Of a stretch of 64,000 bases of DNA, positions 56,889 through 64,000 are shown piece by piece (within the stretch, counting starts at the first letter, position 1; the number at the start of each line of letters is the position of its first letter). The DNA is from Paramecium tetraurelia. Taxonomy: Eukaryota. The stretch is from contig CT868629.1 of assembly GCA_000165425.1 (NCBI GenBank), forward strand, positions 124,001-188,000. Reading direction: 5' to 3'. A program made the position numbers and the translations under genes. The notes beneath the pieces are model-generated. The model searched no databases and was not told the origin of the DNA. It saw only the letters and a list, made by a program, of their open reading frames with translations.

Positions 56889-58249
56889 AAATATTAAATT
56901 TATTAATGAGTTTTATTACATAACTTATTTACTTATAAATCAAAAGGTTATCAGCTTCATTTTAATATGGTATCTTTTTCATTTCATTTATTTAAATGTT
57001 TTTATGTCACCACCACTCACCAAATTATCAATTAGAACGATAATTAGTCTAGATATTCTATAATTTGAGAATATAAATAAATAATATATATTTTGACATC
57101 CTTCTTGATATTAAAGAAAATGAAAGAATATCCTAAAATATATTCTTCTTCACTCTAGAACATCTAAAATAAATATTTTAGATTCATATTTAATTATCAA
57201 TTATGTTAAAAATTTTAATTGATTCTACAATGTTTTTTTTTTTTCTATACATGCTTTTTAAATAAACCACAATTCTTCTGAACCAAAAAAGCCCTTAAAT
57301 TTTAAAATTCTGAAACTTAAATCCTTTTTAGAAAATATATATTCTAATGTGTTAAACATTCACTCAATTAGTGATTATTTTCTTGATGCTTAAAATATTG
57401 ATAGAGGATAAATTATACCTTATTTTGTTATTAACTACAATGTGGTTCTTTACTCATAAAAGAGTAATGCTTCTAATTAATATATCAGAGTCTACTTCAG
57501 CATTTTTTTTTTACTCAAAATTCTCTAAGATTAAATGAGGTGCTCTTTTAAACTATTAAATTAAAAAAATTAATTGTATTGATGTTAGATATAAATTATA
57601 TAATTAAAATTATTTTTCGTATTGCATCATCATCTCAACAATCTAAATTTAAATAACATAATTTAAATTTCTATTTTGTTAAACTATGGTTAGTTATTGT
57701 TCTTAAATAAGAAAATAATTAATATCAAAATATAGACAATAAAGGATATAACTTTTAATTGAATCCTTTTCTATTCTTTTTATTAATAATAATTATTTAT
57801 TTTTGGTCGAATTTTATTCAAATTTTCATGGGTAATATACAAATGCACTAGTAAAGATTTACATGAAATCATATAATAGAAGATCAGCTTTTACTTATTT
57901 ATGACGAAGTGCTTAATGAGATTCCAAGTAATGAATAAATAAACTCTTTGAAATGTCATATAGAAAAAAAACAAAATGATTTGTTTAAGAACTAATTAAG
58001 TAGTAAAAGATTTCTTGAGCTGGCTAATCAATGTTGAATTCTTTAATATTATTTTCAAATTGGTATTTTTAGGCTTCTAATTATTTAATTTTTTAAGTTT
58101 AGAATATTTTATTTAATGATTGTTATGAATTTTTGAAATATTATAATCTATTGATTTTGATTTTGATTTTATATATGATTTTACATAATAAGGAATTATT
58201 TATTTTATCTTAAACACCCTCCAGCTATTAATCATCCAATATCAAGAAT

Positions 58250-59670
58250 TTCATAAACTGATTTGCAGTGTTAATTTGAAGTCTAAGAATCTGTTTAGCA
58301 AGTTTATGTTTGAGTTTCTGCACTCAACTTATCTTGATGTCCTTTTATTGATCCATTATTTTTCATTATAATTTCCGTATTCTTGTATTCATAAATTATT
58401 GAAAACTATTTTATTGAATTTATTTAAGTCTAGAATTTATATGCATCACTCAAGAGTTCTTCTATTAATTGTAAGCCTCCATTCATATGCAATATAACTG
58501 AGCAAGTCTGGAAAATATAAATCTGTAATCTCCTTGATTGAAATTATTTACTAAAACCTACTGTCATTCCACCGAAATGAGTTGATTACTATCGATTGTA
58601 GTAATATAGAGCTTTACTGAACTATTCGTTTCTCGCCTCCTTTAAACTAATAAAATGTGGGTAAATTTTAATAGCTTTGTATGTATTTTCGTTTATCAAA
58701 ATGAAATTCCATTACAATATTTGTATACATTATCCGTCCTGTGTTAGGAGTTTATTCAAAATATCCTAATTATCATCCTTAATTCCCTACATATTCATTC
58801 TGAGAGTTTTCCCATCATTCTTTTAATAAATATGGGCTCTATAGGAGGAAACACTTTTATAAATTCCAGATCCATATCTATCACAGTAGATGGTTCCTTA
58901 ATCTTGTTCATCTTAAACCTCTTCTTCAATATTTGATCTGCTTTTTTAATTCATGGCCAGTCTTAAGCTTTGGAGCTCCTAACTAAGTTAGTTCATCTCT
59001 TCATGCATCTAAGGCTTTTAATTCTATTGGGGCGTGCTGAGTATCCGACTTTTCCATTTTTCGTACTATCCTTTTTATAAGTTTAAATCCTTTTGATATT
59101 TCTTAGTAGCCGTCTAAACTTTTATTTTCTCTTTTCTATTTAGGATAGTATAGGTATTTCGTATATGAAATATACCAATATGGTTGAATTTTCTCTCCTC
59201 TCTCCACTTTATTATTATTCATCGACTGTGCTTCTTTCGTTTCTTCTTCCTGAGTCTCTGCAGCTATATTCTTATGAGTGATTCCTTTTTTTAAGTCTGT
59301 TGCCTCAATTCCAAGTTGTTGGGCTATCTAGTTGAACATATTATAAAACTTCTTTCATTCGCATTCTATTATTCTTTAGTCCTTGCTGGTTTTGACCTTT
59401 TATTCCTCTCTTCTTTCTTTCCTCTATCATTGCAATCTTTTCAGAATTTCGTCTGATTTGTTCTTCAGTTTCCTTTATTGTATTGCTATTGGCTAATGTC
59501 TAATCTCCAATCATTTCATGGCACCTGCTAATTCATTAGTTTAACTAAGCAAATTAATGATTATCGGCCCATAGTCTCCAACAGAATGTTACATCATTAG
59601 AGACAAATTTCTGTCGCCGTCAACTGTGCAACCAAATTTTTGACAAATGTTGATTCTTATTCTAATTTGT
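58250..59670 (-). pseudogene. Degenerate coding sequence, possibly a mobile-element remnant
   Basis: Purine-rich coding-like stretch with frameshifts and TGAs; longest piece ATDLKKGITHK...QGTIYCDRYGSGIYKSVSSYRAHIYQK. Confidence 0.35.
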
Positions 59671-60564
59671 TCATAAAAATATAAATCATTCAATCTTCAT
59701 TTTGATGCTTTCACTTTGTTAATCCATTTTTCCTATTTGTCATTTTCCTTTGAAAATACTTCTTCAATGAATGCATTAAGGATTTCGAGGTTTTCATTCC
59801 AATGTAGAATTAAGATTTCAAATTAAAAAGCGATTATTCTTTTAATATAGGACCCAAACTATTTGGTAAATTATTGCTTCTCATGAAATTATTTAAATTC
59901 TATCATCTTTTTCGTTATTTCTCGAATTTCGTAATTATTGATTGTTCTAAGGCAGTTTTTGTTTTAGATTAATATTTTAAGATATGATTTTCTAATTTTT
60001 TAGAATATCGATTAGTTTTTGTTAACGATAATTGTTTAGATGCTGTGTTTTAACTTGACTTCATTTCATAGAATAAGTTTTTATGAATTAAGTATTTCTT
60101 CTAAATTTCATTGTAATACTAATAAAGAAATTATCAGCTAATCAGAAAGTTCATTAATCGATTTTTTTGAATTAATAGAAAGGAAAGTTTTCAAATTCTA
60201 TTCTATAGTATAAAGAGTGAAAATTAGTCAATTTATTAGCAATCAAATCAACTGGTTCTTGAAAGATGATTGCAATGATATTATGAAACTTAATGAAAAG
60301 TTGTTTATTAATTCTTATTACCGAAATATTAAATTTTAAATTTTGATTTATAATGAATTAGCAAATCGATGAGGCGCAACTACATCAAGATATGTCCTAA
60401 ATTTCACAAATCACACAAGCTCTTACATAGGCCAATACTTTGGCACAAACAATTTAAGAAGAAAATATTAAAATGCTCTAATTATGGTAACCAAAATCTA
60501 CAGCAGTTCTCATATTATCTCTTTCTATACAAATTTATCTTTTATTAATTTATATTACCCAAAC

Positions 60565-60714
60565 NNNNNNNNNNNNNNNNNNNNNNNNNNNNNNNNNNNN
60601 NNNNNNNNNNNNNNNNNNNNNNNNNNNNNNNNNNNNNNNNNNNNNNNNNNNNNNNNNNNNNNNNNNNNNNNNNNNNNNNNNNNNNNNNNNNNNNNNNNNN
60701 NNNNNNNNNNNNNN
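60565..60714. other. Assembly gap (150 N)
   Basis: Run of N. Confidence 1.
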
Positions 60715-61629
60715 ACGGTGAATCTACTTTTCAGGATGACTGGCGGTAAGGCGCGCCTCCGTACATCATTTATCTATATATATAGCTGATAATTATTATA
60801 TTTATTAATGTGAAATGGAAGATTCTATTAAAGAGCTTCATAGCTTTTTTGTACATATTAACATGCACGTATAGCCGATCTTTAAAGAAAAATATAAGAA
60901 AGATTATTTTTAATATACAATTAATTAAAAGAAATTAAAGACTTTTTAATTAATTTGATAGAAACTTATTAGATCAATTAAATAGTTGAATTTGATTGGC
61001 CTAATACCTTTCTAACGCATTGATTAAAAAGTCTATTATTGCATATTAAAAATAATCTTAATTATATTTTCCTTTCATGATCTGCAATATCTTTAATAAG
61101 AAGATATTTTAATTGTATTTTTTACTATATTTTATTTTCTTTATTCAGAACACTATAAAATGTTAAAGAGAGTTAGCTTCTGATAGAAAAGGAAAGATCG
61201 CCACAATTTTCAATATTTTAGGTTCAGGATTTAGTTTAGAATACCTATTAAACAGAGATTACATTTATTTTTGGACCCTAAAACTAACTTTTATTCTCTG
61301 TAATAATTTCATATACCTTTGTTGAAATCACAAATTCAGTCATGTAAATAGTACAGTCAAAAATGTAGAATCTTAAAAATTTCTACTTCTTAAAATGAGA
61401 CTGAGTATTGGTATCATTTAAAAATATCAATTTTTTTTTTTCACTTTTTCCAAGAGTAGATAGTTATATTCATATATGTATTTATAATAAATATAGTTAA
61501 AGCAAATATGTTGATTACGATATTTTATATTCAATCAAATTTTGAATATTTTTTAATATCAATTGTTATTCAGGAGAAAAGGTTAAATAATGACAAAGTA
61601 AGAGAGAACTGCTTGATTTTCGATCATAA

Positions 61630-61997
61630 ATGAATGATAATAACGAAATATATATATAAATATATAAATCCACTTATAGTAAATAAAATGAAGATCTTGT
61701 TTTGAATTAATATCCAGCTTATAATCAGAGTAATGAACTGTTTAAATTGATACCACCAAGAAGTAATAAAGAAAACTAATCGGAATTGATGAATACAAAG
61801 ATTAGGATGGAGATGGAAGATTTTAAGATTTTCCTAAAACAGCATTTACTAAAATAACAATAAGGCTGATTTTGTTTAGGCTATTCAGCTCTACAAAGAA
61901 TTAAATCAAGAATTTAAAGATAATGTAAATAATGTCATCCACGTGCTACTTCAGACGGAACATAGATGTCGGTTTTCATGTGAGATTGTAACTTGAA
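61630..61997 (+). CDS. Possible small hypothetical gene or pseudogene
   Basis: MNDNNEIYIQ...FKIFLKQHLLKQQQG frame ends at TGA near 61869; a further coding-like piece follows. Confidence 0.3.
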
Positions 61998-62329
61998 ATA
62001 TTTGCATTGATGACTTTTTAGAATGTTTATATTTTCCATTCAATTCAACAGCCAATTTAACAAACACCTGTTTAATTTAAGTGATTTTACTATTAATTTA
62101 TAAGACTAATTAGTACTCATAAACTTCATCAAATTTAGCTTGCAAATCTGCGTTGGCTTATTCTCAATTCTTTTTCATGATTTCATAATCTTATTGAAGT
62201 TGAACTATATCTTTATCGAGTGGTTTGAGATTGGCTGTTAATTTAAATGTATTTTTAGTTAGTGCTGCTATGGTCTCCATTACGAATATTATAAATATCA
62301 ATAATCATTATGTTTCATTTTAATATCAA

Positions 62330-63770
62330 ATATGCAAAAATAATTAACAGAATAACAAGAGAAGTGATTACACCATATTACAATATATCTTCTGTATCAT
62401 TAACCAAAGGTTCAAAATGATCAAGTTTTGTTAATATGGTTTCTTTTGTTTAGATAGGAGAATCTAAATCAGTTTCTCCTAGTTGCATTAAACGAGCTCT
62501 TGGCAGAATCTACATTTAAATTAATTCCATTTTGGATGCTGAAAAAGAAGAATAATTTTTTGTTAAGCCAAAAGTCCTTTATTTTAGAATGTCTAATTTA
62601 GGTACTATCTCATCATCACTGGGTTAACCTAAATATCCTTGATCAAATTCATATTGCTTTTCTGAAGATTTTAACAGATTGCTGATATCCCAAAGGTATT
62701 TATCATTCAGTTCTTATTATGAATATTAAACAAAATTTGGATTTTTCGAAAATCTACTTATTGCTAATTTTAAAGTGTTGTGGCATTCCTCTGGGTCAGC
62801 ATTTTGATATGTCATAATCAAATAATAGCATTCTATAAAATAAAGTAAAAATAAGTACAATCAATTTTATGATACTTACCATGCCATTCTGCTTTGGAAT
62901 TGATTTTTTAAAATATTTTCTAATTTTACTCAGGTTATTTGGAATTTATCATTAATAACTTCTCTATATTATTGATTGATTGCGAAAATGCTGATTTGGA
63001 TCCTCTTTTAAGTTAGAATATGATTTTTTATTATTTGACACTAAAGATAGCAAATCCTCTATAGACTCCAAACTCAAGATATTCCTTATCTACAGTTTAG
63101 ATCTGAATAAGTTCTTTCTATTAATTAGGATTTTATATTTACAGTGTCATTTTTTGATTGTTATAATTAAATATTTGATCTGAATATGCTTGGAGGATTT
63201 GACCTTATTTTATGATGTAGTTATACTTAATAGGATTAATACTCAAAATCTTGCTACCAGCTTATTCATCATCTGAAGGATTACCCATTATGCCATCTTT
63301 TTCAATGTATTCATTTTCTAATTTGTCTATCAGTTTCCTCATTTCTGCTCTTTTTAGTTGATCCAATTATTCAGAAGTTAACTATTTATGTTTAAATCTT
63401 TACGTGGTAGTAATTGGGTATGGATGAGACTAATTTAATTAATTGATTTAAGGCATCATTTACTAATTAGATATTGGTTTGAGGAAAGAGCATGAATATG
63501 AAATAACACTCTATAAAATGGTTAGACTTGATTACTTTATGGTTAATCTAAGATTCCGAACCATTCTGAATAGGCATTCTTATAACTTAGTTCTAAGGAA
63601 TGAGTAGAGAAACAAAGTTCAGCTTAATTTCTGATGTCTTGATAAGAGGATTCATAAGACTTGTTGCATCGTCGCTTTTAAATGTGAGTGAATTCTTATC
63701 TATCACAGTTAAAAATGGCAAAGCAACGATAGACTTTACCTCTATTTTTGTTATTTTCCCTGATTACGCT
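62330..63770 (-). pseudogene. Hypothetical gene with internal stop and frameshift
   Basis: Long coding-like frame (WINQKRAEMRKLIDKLE...YLEFGVYRGFAIFSV...YLWDISNLL) with one GT-AG intron ending at 62833, an in-frame TGA near 63457 and a frame break near 62500. Confidence 0.45.
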
Positions 63771-64000
63771 CATTGAATTATTATTAATGTGAAACATTTT
63801 AACAGGCATCAATTTATTTATATGGTAAAATTCATGATTTAGGACTTTAATCAAAGAAAGATCAAAACATTATACTCTCCCTTGATTTAGAATGATTTAA
63901 GAAAATATATTTATTATATATATACTTAAGCTTGAGTTCAAATGTTGTGTATTCTTTACTTGAATTAGTGTTCTTGAGTCATGGATCTTAATTGATTCTT

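Noticed and set aside
60558..60564. CCCAAAC before the gap as a telomere seed
   Set aside because: Only about one repeat unit is visible; not enough to call a telomere
60353..60564. Plus-strand frame MNQQIDEAQLHQDMSQ... running into the gap
   Set aside because: Short, incomplete and without recognisable homology; cannot be supported as a gene
62833..62879. Apparent 47-nt intron, unusually long for this genome
   Set aside because: An internal GT gives an ordinary 26-nt intron in the same frame, so no unusual intron is required

Overview
AT-rich, gene-dense ciliate DNA, most consistent with a Paramecium macronuclear scaffold: frames open only when TAA/TAG are read as Gln with TGA as the sole stop, introns are about 22-29 nt GT..AG, and intergenic spacers are short. 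The supplied ORF track (standard code) therefore shows only fragments; the gene models here were re-read by hand and their exact boundaries are approximate. In order the window holds: the 3' end of an unknown gene, a U5 snRNA gene with its upstream element, a four-domain Nav/Cav-like channel with an atypical filter, two hypothetical genes, proteasome Rpn9, a hypothetical gene, a compact ABCA transporter, a Q/N-rich RING protein, TEL2, a histidine phosphatase, a Skp1-like gene, a cluster of four MGxC-starting CDPK-like pseudokinases (with a 4-TM gene among them), an MGC microprotein, an ERK7/MAPK15-type kinase, a small hypothetical gene, a MATE transporter, and a ~20 kb polycystin-1/REJ-like receptor gene whose Cys-rich ectodomain contains a near-perfect 1783-bp x ~3.9 tandem array. 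The last ~7 kb is gene-poor, with decayed ORFs and a 150-N gap.
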